Part shown: piece after piece, positions 28,087 to 38,487 of the stretch
Position numbering within the stretch: the stretch's first letter is position 1
Layout: each line of letters begins with the position of its first letter
Source of the DNA: Myxococcota bacterium
GTDB lineage: Bacteria > Myxococcota_A > SURF-8
Direction: 5' to 3'
Assembly (NCBI GenBank): GCA_965140415.1
Contig: OZ223209.1
Coordinates: 2,368,001 to 2,432,000, forward strand
DNA: 64,000 nucleotides
Notes under the pieces: model-generated
The model's input: only the letters and a program-made list of their open reading frames with translations
Told to the model about the DNA's origin: nothing
The model's database searches: none
Program-made: the position numbers and the translations under genes

Positions 28087-29655
28087 ATGAAAATGCTACG
28101 CTTGGTTTGTGGGTTGCACGTGATCCTGTTTGCTCTGATGATCTGCGGATGTGATTCGAATGATGATACGAATGCCGTGGATGGCGACTTGGAACTCGAT
28201 GGGATCGATCAGGTTGAAGATGACGTTGAAATGGATTCGGTTAACACGGGGTTGATTCCAAGTGTTATGGATGGACGTTTATATGCTGCTGCTGCCTGGC
28301 GAGTAATTACGCCCACAGATGAAAATCACCCCTGCCCAAAATACATGGGAGGTACCGCCAGTAATCGGATGGCGGAGGGAACCAATGATGATCTGGAAGC
28401 ACGTGTGATCGTACTACAGCAAAACGGCGTACATGCCGTATTGGTGTCGATGGACCTGGTCGGTTGGTTGATTACGGATGTGTCTAGGGTTCAGGATCGA
28501 CTCGAAGAACAGGGCGTTTTGCGGGATCATGTGATCATTTCGAGTACGCATACGCACAATGCCGCCGATACAATCGGAGTATGGGGAGATGGGCTGAATC
28601 AATCCGGGCGTTGTCCGGAATACAGTGCGTTTTTGGTAGATACTGTAATCGAACTGGTTGAGGAGGCTGCCGCAAGGATGGTTCCCGTGCAGGCAAAGGC
28701 TGCGACGATTGAAATCAACGAAACGGCTTCGAATTTTCCGTCATTGATACGGGATTCGAGAATTCCCCATGTTACCAATACAAATTTTGTTGTGGCGCAG
28801 TTCGTCGATGACCAGCAGCTGACCGTTGCCACGATGATCAACTGGCACAGCCACCCGGAAGCGCTGATTGAAAAAGATATTTACAGCGCGGATTTCCCTC
28901 GCTGGACGAGAAAGAAAGTTGAAGAGGAGTTAGGCGGAACCTGTGTCTATTTCAGCGGCACGGTAGGTGGCTTGCTGACGCCAATTGGAGTTGATGTGCC
29001 TCTTAGAACGGAACAAGGAGAACCGGTTCTGGAAAATGGTCAGCCGGAACTGGTGGAGGAAAGTATCCCGGCCAAAGCCTGGAGCATGGGATATATTGTG
29101 GGGGAATATGCGCTGAAGGCGCTGGCTGAACAGGCTGTGCCTCTTGAGGGGGAACTTGCCATCGATACGGAAAATGTCGAATTTCCCTTTGAAAACATCG
29201 TCTTTGTCCTCGGTTTCAACTCCGGAATTCTGGAGGCTTATGATGGAATGATCAAGGATAATCCGGATAAGTGCGGTTTTTACGGTTGTATGCCGATGAC
29301 ATTGGCGCATCTTCAACTCGGTATTTTTCACATCGTAACGATACCCGGTGAACTGTTTTCCGAGCTTTCCATCGGGCGTGAGGCGTCCACCTATGATTGG
29401 AGTGATGAATCCGAAGGTGCATACGGTATTAAAGAGTATCCTGCGATTTCAGGATATCGCGAAAAACTTCCCCAGGGACATCTACTGATGGAATTCGGGC
29501 TGGCGAATAATGAAATCGGGTACATTCTGCCCGAAAGCGATTACACACCAGACAGTCATCCCAGTAACTATGAAGAGTATTTCTCGATTTCCAAACAGAC
29601 CGCAGCTTTGGTGCAGCAAGCTATTGGTGCTTTACTGGAGCGTTCCTATCAGTAG
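28087..29655 (+). CDS. Lipoprotein of the neutral/alkaline ceramidase-like amidohydrolase family with DGD linker
   Basis: Lipobox ICGC; DDLEAR, SSTHTHNA, NWHSHPE, YSADFP, TIPGELF, GLANNEIGYI. Confidence 0.72.
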   Translation: MKMLRLVCGLHVILFALMICGCDSNDDTNAVDGDLELDGIDQVEDDVEMDSVNTGLIPSVMDGRLYAAAAWRVITPTDENHPCPKYMGGTASNRMAEGTNDDLEARVIVLQQNGVHAVLVSMDLVGWLITDVSRVQDRLEEQGVLRDHVIISSTHTHNAADTIGVWGDGLNQSGRCPEYSAFLVDTVIELVEEAAARMVPVQAKAATIEINETASNFPSLIRDSRIPHVTNTNFVVAQFVDDQQLTVATMINWHSHPEALIEKDIYSADFPRWTRKKVEEELGGTCVYFSGTVGGLLTPIGVDVPLRTEQGEPVLENGQPELVEESIPAKAWSMGYIVGEYALKALAEQAVPLEGELAIDTENVEFPFENIVFVLGFNSGILEAYDGMIKDNPDKCGFYGCMPMTLAHLQLGIFHIVTIPGELFSELSIGREASTYDWSDESEGAYGIKEYPAISGYREKLPQGHLLMEFGLANNEIGYILPESDYTPDSHPSNYEEYFSISKQTAALVQQAIGALLERSYQ

Positions 29656-31511
29656 TAGTAGAAGATGCTGCTGTAGTCGTCGATATCTTCCCCGATCTGT
29701 TCCAACCGCTTTAAATAAGACAAGATAGGGACGTCTTTGCCGATGTAGGTCTGCTGTTCCGCGATGTTCTTTTCCCAGGGATGGAATTCGTACAGCCTCT
29801 CTCCTGTTGGTAGAATGGCGATCAGATCTCGGTCTTGAGCGGAATTGAGGTAGTTTTTCCCAAGCTTTGGAACGTTGTAAACGGGTTCGTCGGTTCGCTC
29901 CAATCCGGGCAACAGGCGCGCTTCTTCACCGCGCTCCTGAAGCAGACGAGCCAAGGGGACGCGGTAGTTGGCGGTTTCCCCTTTCCCTTTTGGATTGAAG
30001 GTATAGTAGGGATCGATTCCGATCTGTTTCAGCATACGGCGTAGTTTGGCCGCCTCGAAACGCCGCGAAATGTAGAAAGTGAAAACCATCTGGTTGTATA
30101 CGCCAATCCCTGCGTCTCGTAGTTTTTGTACTGCTGTAACCATGTCCGGGTTGATTTCGTATGGGTGCTGGACGTGTGTAACCAGATCCAGGGAACGAAC
30201 GCCGGGAATGGTGAATTCCTTCAGAACATTTACTAGTTCGTCTGTAATGCGCATGGGGACTGTGACCGGCATGCGCGAGCCGATTCGTACTCGCGAAACG
30301 TGGGAAATTTCCGATAAACGGGTCAAGATATCCCGAATGCGCCCATCACCCATCACCAATGGATCGCCACCGGTAATCAGTACTTCATGGATGGTATCGT
30401 GTTGAGCAATCCACTCGATGGCTTCTGTTAACTGATCGGGAGTGGCCATCGCTTCCGGTGCCATGGCTTCGTCGATTTCCCAGTTACGCTGGCAATATAC
30501 ACAAATCTGGGGACAGCTGTTGTAGGGTTTCAAAATCAGGATATTGGCGTAGCGCCGCGTAATCAGATTTTTAGGGGATGTGTCGTGTTCTCCCATGAAA
30601 TCAAAGGCATATTCCAGGTCGTCTCGATTCTCACGCATGGCGGCTATGTAGTTTTGCGGCGGGAAAATCTGAGCACGTAAAGACCTGTCATCATTGCCGA
30701 AATCATTTAAAAGTGAAAGGTAGAATGGAGTGGCGCCAAATGGAAGGCGAAGTTCTTTTGCCTGTCGAATTGCATGCTTTTCGTTATCGGTAAGCTGAAC
30801 GAGGACCTGTAGCCTTTCTGTGTCCTTGATGACATGTCGGGTTTGCCAGATCCAGTTGTTCCAGTCTTCTTCAGTTGCTGAGAAATAGTTTAGGATTCGT
30901 TGCTTATATTTTTCTCTGACACGAATGGTTTCTTTGCTCAGCCCATCAGGATAGCGATTCATTGTTGATTCTGCATGAGTGGCAAGTTCATCCAGTTGCT
31001 TAGATCGGCGTATCGCTGCCTGGCGTCCCTTAAGTAGCTCGATATTATGGAAGTTTCTAACTGTGTTGCGATCACCTTGGCCGTGTAAGCCAAGAAACAG
31101 GTAATACGTTTCCGCCAGGAAATCCGGCTTCAAATCCGAGCGGTTGATTTGGTTTGAAATGTCCCACAACGCACGGACAAAGCTGAATTTGGCTTCCTTT
31201 TCGTTGTGTGGATCGAGTAAGTTTAGAAAAACCCGTACTGCGTTACGGATACGGAAACGATTCGTGAACGATTGTGAACGGTCGAATGCATTTCGCTGAT
31301 GTTCGCTTACGTAATTGTAGAGATTTTCTCGTGCTTCTTCCAGGTCGTTGCAATCTGCAAGATTGGATAGAAGGGGAGTGGCGATTTGTAGCAATAGGGA
31401 ACGATAGTCCTCTACAATGTCAATCGTGTGGCGTTCAGATTCCAGGTCACACGGGATTGTCATGTAGTGAGAAGCTCTTTCGTTGGGCATAAAATCGCGC
31501 ATGTCTGTCAT
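29649..31511 (-). CDS. KamA-family radical SAM aminomutase with a long N-terminal extension
   Basis: DWNNWIWQ, CPQICVYCQR (CxxxCxxC), VLITGGDPL, RIGSRMPV, THVQHPYE; RBS GAGGAGG. Confidence 0.85.
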   Translation of the reverse strand: MTDMRDFMPNERASHYMTIPCDLESERHTIDIVEDYRSLLLQIATPLLSNLADCNDLEEARENLYNYVSEHQRNAFDRSQSFTNRFRIRNAVRVFLNLLDPHNEKEAKFSFVRALWDISNQINRSDLKPDFLAETYYLFLGLHGQGDRNTVRNFHNIELLKGRQAAIRRSKQLDELATHAESTMNRYPDGLSKETIRVREKYKQRILNYFSATEEDWNNWIWQTRHVIKDTERLQVLVQLTDNEKHAIRQAKELRLPFGATPFYLSLLNDFGNDDRSLRAQIFPPQNYIAAMRENRDDLEYAFDFMGEHDTSPKNLITRRYANILILKPYNSCPQICVYCQRNWEIDEAMAPEAMATPDQLTEAIEWIAQHDTIHEVLITGGDPLVMGDGRIRDILTRLSEISHVSRVRIGSRMPVTVPMRITDELVNVLKEFTIPGVRSLDLVTHVQHPYEINPDMVTAVQKLRDAGIGVYNQMVFTFYISRRFEAAKLRRMLKQIGIDPYYTFNPKGKGETANYRVPLARLLQERGEEARLLPGLERTDEPVYNVPKLGKNYLNSAQDRDLIAILPTGERLYEFHPWEKNIAEQQTYIGKDVPILSYLKRLEQIGEDIDDYSSIFYYY

Positions 31512-31862
31512 AAGATCCCTCCTCTTCAAAATCGTCCCGGTGCAACGGCGATAATAGCGGTTCCGCAAGAATGCGACAGGTTGTTGGCTAAAGATCCGTA
31601 TCTAATGAAGATCGTAATGATGTTCAACGCAGAATCGATCTCTTGTATGTTTGTATATAGCAGGTTCTAGATGGGATTGCAAGTGCATGCCCGAAATTAG
31701 CGAGAATCACGGTGGAAAAGAGTAAGCAATATTCCATAAAATATTAGAATAGAATGTATAAATTGGTATTTAATGTTGAAGTTATGAGTAATAAACAAAA
31801 CAAGAGGTTTGCTGTGAATAAAGTGAGGGACACTGTAAGTGTATGTTAATACATGAAAAAAC

Positions 31863-32786
31863 CTAGTTTTTGTTTCTTGAGACAAGCAGGAGCCCTGAAG
31901 TCAGAACAAATAGAGCGGCAATCACAAACAAAACGTATGCGACAAGATCCAGGGGCGGAATGTCGCCTACATCGTTCTTGATCGCTTCGCGTAGGTCGCT
32001 TGCAGATCCCGGACAGACGTATTGGATCGCTTTCCCTTTGGGGGTAATGAACGGCACCAGTTTGTTGAAATCACGTCGTCCCAGCACAGTTAGTGTTGAA
32101 ACATCTTTTACTAGTGGAATATAGCTGATTTTCAGCCGGGTATCTCCCACAACGGGCTTTGTTTTGGCTGTTTCGCTGTTGTATAGATAGGTTCCATTGT
32201 TTGGAACGTTCTTGAAATCTGGGGATTTTCCGAAATCGAAAGGTTGCCATCCATAGATTGTGGCCATTTCGATATCTACATGCAGCCGCCCAATGCTGAT
32301 ACGCCCAGCCATATGTTGTTGTGAGCGTGCTTCAGGGTATTCCTGTTTGTGTCCTGTGTAGACTCCGAAGTGTTGCCAGTCGCTTGGTTCTTCCGACCAA
32401 TCTAAATGATATTTGTAGCGATCCACTGCTCGAACCGGTGGAGGCGGTAGATCCTTTTCCGCGACTTTGGTCTCGAACCAAGAGTAGTATTCAATTGTTT
32501 TTTTAAGTCCAAGAATATACCCCTGGATCATATCGACGGGTAAACTGCGGATAGTGACGATACCTGTTGCCAATACCGGTCGGTCTTCCGGCGTTTCCTC
32601 TGGCTTTTCAAGGTCTTGGAGAACGATGGCTTGATCGAAGAAGGTAAGCGGATGTTCACTTTCGATATCGTTGTAAATGGATTTGCTGATCAATCCGAAA
32701 ACGAGGAAGGTAATCGCAGAAGCGAACAGAATTAGAGCGATCCATCGTCTTTTCGTTTTTTCCTTAGGCGCTGACAACGCTACCAT
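31863..32786 (-). CDS. Membrane protein, TMEM43-like
   Basis: N- and C-terminal hydrophobic segments; LKKTIEYYSW.E, KY..DWS and P.VGDTR.K.SY motifs recalled for the family. Confidence 0.5.
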   Translation of the reverse strand: MVALSAPKEKTKRRWIALILFASAITFLVFGLISKSIYNDIESEHPLTFFDQAIVLQDLEKPEETPEDRPVLATGIVTIRSLPVDMIQGYILGLKKTIEYYSWFETKVAEKDLPPPPVRAVDRYKYHLDWSEEPSDWQHFGVYTGHKQEYPEARSQQHMAGRISIGRLHVDIEMATIYGWQPFDFGKSPDFKNVPNNGTYLYNSETAKTKPVVGDTRLKISYIPLVKDVSTLTVLGRRDFNKLVPFITPKGKAIQYVCPGSASDLREAIKNDVGDIPPLDLVAYVLFVIAALFVLTSGLLLVSRNKN

Positions 32787-32887
32787 TGCACTTCCTTTCC
32801 GAATTCGTTGCTTTATCGTAACGCTCTATTTTGATTCGGTCAAGTAGACCTTTCCAAGTAACACAATCATTTTCTACAGCCTGATAG

Positions 32888-32956
32888 TGACGAAATGGTC
32901 AGAAATGGCTTGACAACCAGATGGGAGGTGTATACGGTAAACTGACGTTGTCGTCA
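32888..32956 (+). promoter_or_regulatory. Promoter flanked by two TGAC-N6-GTCA palindromes (putative operators of the adjacent TetR)
   Basis: TGACGAAATGGTCA at 32888-32901, TTGACA at 32910-32915, TGACGTTGTCGTCA at 32943-32956. Confidence 0.6.
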
Positions 32957-32975
32957 CTATTTGGAGAGCCAGCGA

Positions 32976-33602
32976 ATGACGAAGCACAGAAAAGCGGAAG
33001 ATCGCATCGCGGAAATATTGGACGCAGCACTCGAGCAAATCGATCAGCATGGATATGCCAGTTTGACGATGGATAAGATCATTGCTCGGACCAGTCTCAG
33101 CAAGGGTGGGGTGTATCGATTCTTCAAGAACAAGAACGAAATCTGCCTCGCGCTTTTCAACCAATTATATAAAGATTACGAGCCAATAGACATTGAAGAA
33201 GCACTGGCCTGGAATCTTCCTTTACGAGATACCATCGTTCGCTTTTTGTTCAATCGACACAATGGAAATCTGGTGCACGAGCGCAATTCCAGAGTGTGGT
33301 TGCAGATGTTGCCGGAGACGATGCAGGACAGCGAGTTTCGTACCGCCAAATTGGAGCACACCACGCGAATCAAGCAGAAATACATGCGGTTGATTCGTGC
33401 GATACGAGCAAGGGATCATGTCGAAATCACGGCCAAAGACGAACTGCGTTTCTCCCAGGCGATTGAAGTCGGAGAACTGTTGATGGAAGGCTTGGTGATC
33501 GAACAATTGGGAGGGGCTCGCCTGGAAGGACTGGAGTCCAAAGTTCGATGGTATATCGAATTGATTTTAGACGATGCACTAAGTCTTGCCAAAGTTTATT
33601 GA
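32976..33602 (+). CDS. TetR/AcrR family regulator
   Basis: ILDAALEQIDQHGYASLTMDKIIARTSLSKGGVYRFFKNK HTH. Confidence 0.9.
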   Translation: MTKHRKAEDRIAEILDAALEQIDQHGYASLTMDKIIARTSLSKGGVYRFFKNKNEICLALFNQLYKDYEPIDIEEALAWNLPLRDTIVRFLFNRHNGNLVHERNSRVWLQMLPETMQDSEFRTAKLEHTTRIKQKYMRLIRAIRARDHVEITAKDELRFSQAIEVGELLMEGLVIEQLGGARLEGLESKVRWYIELILDDALSLAKVY

Positions 33603-33636
33603 CATAACACCGGCTTGACCTTAAGGATTTGAATAA

Positions 33637-34725
33637 ATGAAAAGCATGCAGACAAGAGGTAGAGGCATGAGTGATAAAGCTCGAACAAGAAGCGCCGTGT
33701 CCATTTTGGTCGGGGCTTGGTTATTGCTGTCGTTGCTGGTATTACCGGGCTGCGAGAAATTGAACGGCAAAGAGGTTTCCGAACGTTCTCCCGTTCTTGT
33801 GGAAGTTGCTCAGGTTGAAAAAAGCACAAAGAATACGTTTCGACGTTTTTCCGGTTATGCGCATCCCTGGGAAAGCCACGGAGTCGGTTTCCTTGTTGCC
33901 GGTAGGGTTACCGCTTTGCCGGTCGAGCAGGGACAGCTCGTTTCGAAGGGGAGTTTATTGGCGACGCTCTCTGCCGAGGATTACAAACTGGTAGAGCAAC
34001 TGGCCAACGCTCAACTGGAAGCGCTGGAGCCTAACTACCACCGGGTGGATTCATTGGTGGAAAAAGAAGCGTTGCCGCAGAGTGCCTTGGATAAAATCAA
34101 AGCGCAATACGATGCTGCCGTAACACAGAAAAAGCAGGCCCAGCGGCAGGTGAAATATACCCGATTGAACGCGCCGATTACCGGTGTCGTGCATGAATTG
34201 CGAACCAGTGTGGGACAGATCATCGGGCAGGGAATGCCGGCAGTCGTACTATTGGACATCGATCGCATCAAAGTGCGATTTGGTGTGACTCAGAGTGAGT
34301 TGGAGTATTTCGAAAAGGGTCAGGATGTAACCGTCGATTTCCCTGGTGTAAAAGAGAAGGTTGAGGGTCGCATCTATCATATCGATTTCGTGGCTGACAG
34401 CATGACGCGCACCTATGACGTCGTGGTCGAAGTGCAAAACGCCGATCATGTGTTGCGCCCCAGTATGCTGGCGCAAATGACCATCATCAAAGAAAGCTTG
34501 AACGGCTATTTCCTGCCGATCGGATCGCTGATGCAGGATATCAGCGGGAAACACTATGTCATGCTGGTCGACACGAAAACGAACATCGTTGAAAAACGGG
34601 TCGTCTCGATCGGGCGACGTTTCGAGGAATACCTGGAAATTACGGAAGGATTGACTGGAGGCGAATCCGTCGTGATCCGGGGCAACAACTTTGCCAAGGC
34701 TGGTGACAAGGTGGTAGTCAAATGA
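33637..34725 (+). CDS. RND efflux periplasmic adaptor (MFP), lipoprotein
   Basis: Lipobox LPGC; VAGRV..LPVEQGQ.V.KG, LNAPITGVV, LRPSM, GLTGGE.VV. Confidence 0.9.
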   Translation: MKSMQTRGRGMSDKARTRSAVSILVGAWLLLSLLVLPGCEKLNGKEVSERSPVLVEVAQVEKSTKNTFRRFSGYAHPWESHGVGFLVAGRVTALPVEQGQLVSKGSLLATLSAEDYKLVEQLANAQLEALEPNYHRVDSLVEKEALPQSALDKIKAQYDAAVTQKKQAQRQVKYTRLNAPITGVVHELRTSVGQIIGQGMPAVVLLDIDRIKVRFGVTQSELEYFEKGQDVTVDFPGVKEKVEGRIYHIDFVADSMTRTYDVVVEVQNADHVLRPSMLAQMTIIKESLNGYFLPIGSLMQDISGKHYVMLVDTKTNIVEKRVVSIGRRFEEYLEITEGLTGGESVVIRGNNFAKAGDKVVVK

Positions 34726-37700
34726 ACATCCCGCGTTTTTCAATTACGCATCAGCCGGTGGTCTGGGTCGTTCTATTTCTTGTTCTTGCAGTCGGCGTTC
34801 ATAATTATCTTACGATCAGCCAGCGTGAAGACCCTGAATTCAAGATTTCCGTGGCTTTGATCGTTACGATCTGGCCTGGCGCCAGTGCGGAAAAAGTAGA
34901 GCGACTGGTTACCGAAAAGCTGGAAGATAAATTCGAAGAAATGACGGTGACCAAGGAAATTACCTCGACCACCCGCGAATCCCTTTCCGTGATTATGATC
35001 AAGGTCGACTATGACTGTGACGTCGATATGGCCTGGCAGAAGTTGCGTAATAAAATCGCGGAAGTTTCCGACGAATTACCGGACAACATCATCGGTCCGG
35101 ATGTGATCGACGATTTTGGCGATGTCACGGCCATGATTTACACGCTTTCCAGTGCGACTGCACAGCCGAGTGAACTGAAACAATGGGCGGAATTGCTGAA
35201 GTCCGATCTGAAAAAAGCGCCTTCTTGCGGAAAAATCGAACTGTTGGGTGAACGGCAGGAAGCCATCTACATTGAAGGTCCGTTGGAATCGTTCAGCTTG
35301 TACCAGTTTTCGCCGCTGACTGCCGCAAAAATTCTGGATTATCAGAATGTGAACATGATGGCGGGATACGCTCGAACTCCGGATCGGAAATATCGAATGG
35401 AAGTTTCGGGCAGTTTCAAGCTTACCGAACAATTGGAAAATGCAATTCTGGATGTTTCCCGAAAATCAGGCACGCCATTGAAAGTCAAGGATGTGTTTTC
35501 CGTCCGGCGTGCATACAAGGAACCGCCGCTTGATTTCATGCGTAGCAATGGTCTGCCCGCAATCGGCCTGGATATTCGTATGAAAAAGGGGCGAAATCTG
35601 GTCGAACTCGGTGAGGAAATCAAGGCCATTGGAGAACAGTTTGCACCGCGCCTGCCTCCCAATATCAAGATGGAGCTGGTTCACGATCAACCGCGGCAGG
35701 TGGGCACGTTTGTGGATACCTTCATGAATAACCTTTTCGAAGGTTTGTTCATTGTTATCATCGTGATGTTTCTGGCCATGGGGTTGCGTTCGGCGGCCAT
35801 TATTGCAATCAGCCTGCCGTTGTCTATCGTGATGGCCTTCGCGTTGATGCCTCGCTTTGATGTAGATCTGGAAACGGTGTCGATTGCGGCTTTCATTATT
35901 GCGCTGGGTATGCTGGTGGATAATGCCATCATCATTACCGACAACATCGATGTATACCTGCAACGGGGGATGAATCGCTTAGAGGCGGCCATCAAGGGGG
36001 CTCAGGAATTGGCGATTCCGGCGCTTAGCGGTACCCTGGCAACGGTATTGGCTTTCATTCCGTTGATTTTGATGAGTGATGAGTCCGGCGATTACATCCG
36101 GTCCTTGCCAATCGTGGTGTCTCTTTCATTGTTGGCATCCCTGGTGCTGGCGGTTACGGTTACTCCGATCACCAGTTACCTGTTTTTACGTCGGAACAAA
36201 AAGGTTGAAACGGATACCGCCAAGGCGGAATCCCGTTTCGTGCGCTTTTATCGAAGCATGATGACCTGGAGTCTGCGTCATCGTTTCGTAATGATTGTAC
36301 TTACCGGGGCCGTGCTGACCGGTTCGCTTTTCCTGTTGCAGTCGATCGGCTTTTCTTTCTTCCCGGAGGCGCAGCGCGATCAATTCATGATCGACATCTG
36401 GCTGCCGGAAGGTGCATCCCTGCAACACACGACAGAGGTGGCAGAAGAAGTCGAAGCCATGCTCGAGCAAGATGAGCACATTCGGAACTACGTTTCCTAT
36501 GTGGGAAAGGGCGGTCCGCGTTTTTACATGTCGATCAAACCCGAATTCAATGCGACGAATTTCGCACAGATCATTGTAACGACAACGGATGCCATGAAGA
36601 CACGCTCTATAGTGGATCACTTAAACGAGCGATTCCCACAAGACATTTCCGGGGCGCGGGCAATTGCTTCCAATCTTTGGATGGGGGTTCCGGTTGAGGC
36701 TCCCATTGCCATGCGTGTTACCGGACCCGATTTGGCCATCATGAAGGAAATTTCGGATCAGATTCAGGATGTGCTGCGTTCCATCGACGGTACCGAGCAT
36801 GTACGGGATAATGTGGGAATGCCGGTACCGAACCTTGCTGTTAATGTCGATAATGAATCGGCGCTGATGGCGGGGATTACCAATACCGAAGTGGCGGTAT
36901 CGTTATTGACCGCCTATGAAGGCTTGCCGATCACCAGTTTCCGTGAAGGGGACGAGGAGGTTCCAGTGTACATGCGCCTGATTGAGTCGGAGCGCAATAT
37001 GGGCAATACACTGGATCAGATCAGGGTGCCGTCGCAGACCACGGGAGAAAAGGTGCCGCTGACGACGTTTGCTTCAATCGAAACGGTCTGGGGTCCGGGC
37101 GTGATCAAGCGTACCGATGGCAAACGATCCATTACGGCCTTGGCGAATATTAAAGGAAGATTGGCTTCGGATATCTTGAAGGAAGCATGGCCGCGCATCG
37201 ATGCAATTGACTTGCCGGCTGGTTATGAGATCGAAAGTGTCGGTGAAGAAAAAGAGCGGAATAAGTCGTTTGGTGAAATGATCGTAATCTTTTCATTGAT
37301 TATCGCTCTGATACTACTGATGCTGGTGATACAATTCAACTCGATCAAGAAGGCTCTCGTTATCTTGACGAGTGTGCCCCTGGCGATTATCGGGGCAGTT
37401 TTCGGGTTGTTTATTAGTGGCAACAGTTTCGCTTTCATGCCATTCTTGGGAGTGATCTCGCTTGCGGGTATGGTCATTAAAAATGCGGTTGTATGGATGG
37501 AGTTCGTTAATCAGTCGGTAGCGGAAGGAAACTCGTTGGATCTTGCGATCATCGAGGCTGGGCGTCAGCGTTTACGCCCGATCATTCTTACGGCTGCTAC
37601 GACTATTGGAGGATTAATACCCCTGGCGCTGTTCGGTGGAAGTTTATGGGAAGGTATGGCGTATGCCATGATCTTCGGTCTGGCGCTGGCGACGGTATTG

Positions 37701-37757
37701 ACTCTGGTCGTCGTACCGGTGATCTATTACGCCGTGTTCAGGAAAGCGGAAGCTTAA
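34722..37757 (+). CDS. RND efflux permease (AcrB/AcrD/AcrF family)
   Basis: 1011 aa; WPGASAEKVE, LGMLVDNAIII, RLRPIILTAATTIGGLIPL. Confidence 0.94.
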   Translation: MNIPRFSITHQPVVWVVLFLVLAVGVHNYLTISQREDPEFKISVALIVTIWPGASAEKVERLVTEKLEDKFEEMTVTKEITSTTRESLSVIMIKVDYDCDVDMAWQKLRNKIAEVSDELPDNIIGPDVIDDFGDVTAMIYTLSSATAQPSELKQWAELLKSDLKKAPSCGKIELLGERQEAIYIEGPLESFSLYQFSPLTAAKILDYQNVNMMAGYARTPDRKYRMEVSGSFKLTEQLENAILDVSRKSGTPLKVKDVFSVRRAYKEPPLDFMRSNGLPAIGLDIRMKKGRNLVELGEEIKAIGEQFAPRLPPNIKMELVHDQPRQVGTFVDTFMNNLFEGLFIVIIVMFLAMGLRSAAIIAISLPLSIVMAFALMPRFDVDLETVSIAAFIIALGMLVDNAIIITDNIDVYLQRGMNRLEAAIKGAQELAIPALSGTLATVLAFIPLILMSDESGDYIRSLPIVVSLSLLASLVLAVTVTPITSYLFLRRNKKVETDTAKAESRFVRFYRSMMTWSLRHRFVMIVLTGAVLTGSLFLLQSIGFSFFPEAQRDQFMIDIWLPEGASLQHTTEVAEEVEAMLEQDEHIRNYVSYVGKGGPRFYMSIKPEFNATNFAQIIVTTTDAMKTRSIVDHLNERFPQDISGARAIASNLWMGVPVEAPIAMRVTGPDLAIMKEISDQIQDVLRSIDGTEHVRDNVGMPVPNLAVNVDNESALMAGITNTEVAVSLLTAYEGLPITSFREGDEEVPVYMRLIESERNMGNTLDQIRVPSQTTGEKVPLTTFASIETVWGPGVIKRTDGKRSITALANIKGRLASDILKEAWPRIDAIDLPAGYEIESVGEEKERNKSFGEMIVIFSLIIALILLMLVIQFNSIKKALVILTSVPLAIIGAVFGLFISGNSFAFMPFLGVISLAGMVIKNAVVWMEFVNQSVAEGNSLDLAIIEAGRQRLRPIILTAATTIGGLIPLALFGGSLWEGMAYAMIFGLALATVLTLVVVPVIYYAVFRKAEA

Positions 37758-37809
37758 ATCGAGTTGATTTCGGAGACTAGAGGTTTCTCGAATTAGAAAG
37801 GGAGTAATC

Positions 37810-38484
37810 GTGATGGTACGTCGTTTGTGTGTCGCTGTTGCTGTTTCATGCTGCCTCATGCTGTTGCCCATTATCGCACAGGCCGAAGAGGAGCCGGAAT
37901 TCAAGAATCCCAATCCGGTTTTTAAATCGAATACGCCTGAAATGGAAAAGACGTTGGCAGCCAAGAAACTTGGCAAGCCGCCGAAACTGAGCAAAGACGA
38001 AATGAAACAACTGGTGGGTGGGGAAATTCTGGTTCGCGAATTGCCCAATCAGACCAAAGGCGCCAAACGTTTCGAAGCGATTGGCATCGTTAAAGCATCA
38101 CCCAAAGCCGTGATGGCCTTTCTTCGGGATTTCGACTCTCAGGTCGGCGTGATGCCGCATTTGATCAAGGTGGATTATACCTGGGATCGCAATCTGGCAC
38201 ACATGCAACAGACTTTGAAAATCGCCTTGATGAAAATCAATTATACATTAAACGTCCTGCACTATGGTGACAGCGTCATCGAATGGGAATTCGTCAAGGG
38301 AGATATTAAGGACACAAGTGGTTACTACAAATTCTTCCCGTTCTCAAAAGGGAAAAAGACGCTGGTGGTGTACCACGTTTTCAACGATCCGGGTATGGCT
38401 GTTCCCGATTTCATTCAGGATCTGCTTACGAAAAACTCCATGCCGGATGTCATTCAAACCATTCGCAAGGTCGTGGAAAAATAG
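37810..38484 (+). CDS. Secreted START/SRPBCC-like domain protein
   Basis: Signal peptide (AQA); IVKASPKAVMAFLRDF, WEFVKGDIK, DPGMAVPDFI. Confidence 0.6.
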   Translation: MMVRRLCVAVAVSCCLMLLPIIAQAEEEPEFKNPNPVFKSNTPEMEKTLAAKKLGKPPKLSKDEMKQLVGGEILVRELPNQTKGAKRFEAIGIVKASPKAVMAFLRDFDSQVGVMPHLIKVDYTWDRNLAHMQQTLKIALMKINYTLNVLHYGDSVIEWEFVKGDIKDTSGYYKFFPFSKGKKTLVVYHVFNDPGMAVPDFIQDLLTKNSMPDVIQTIRKVVEK

Positions 38485-38487
38485 CGA

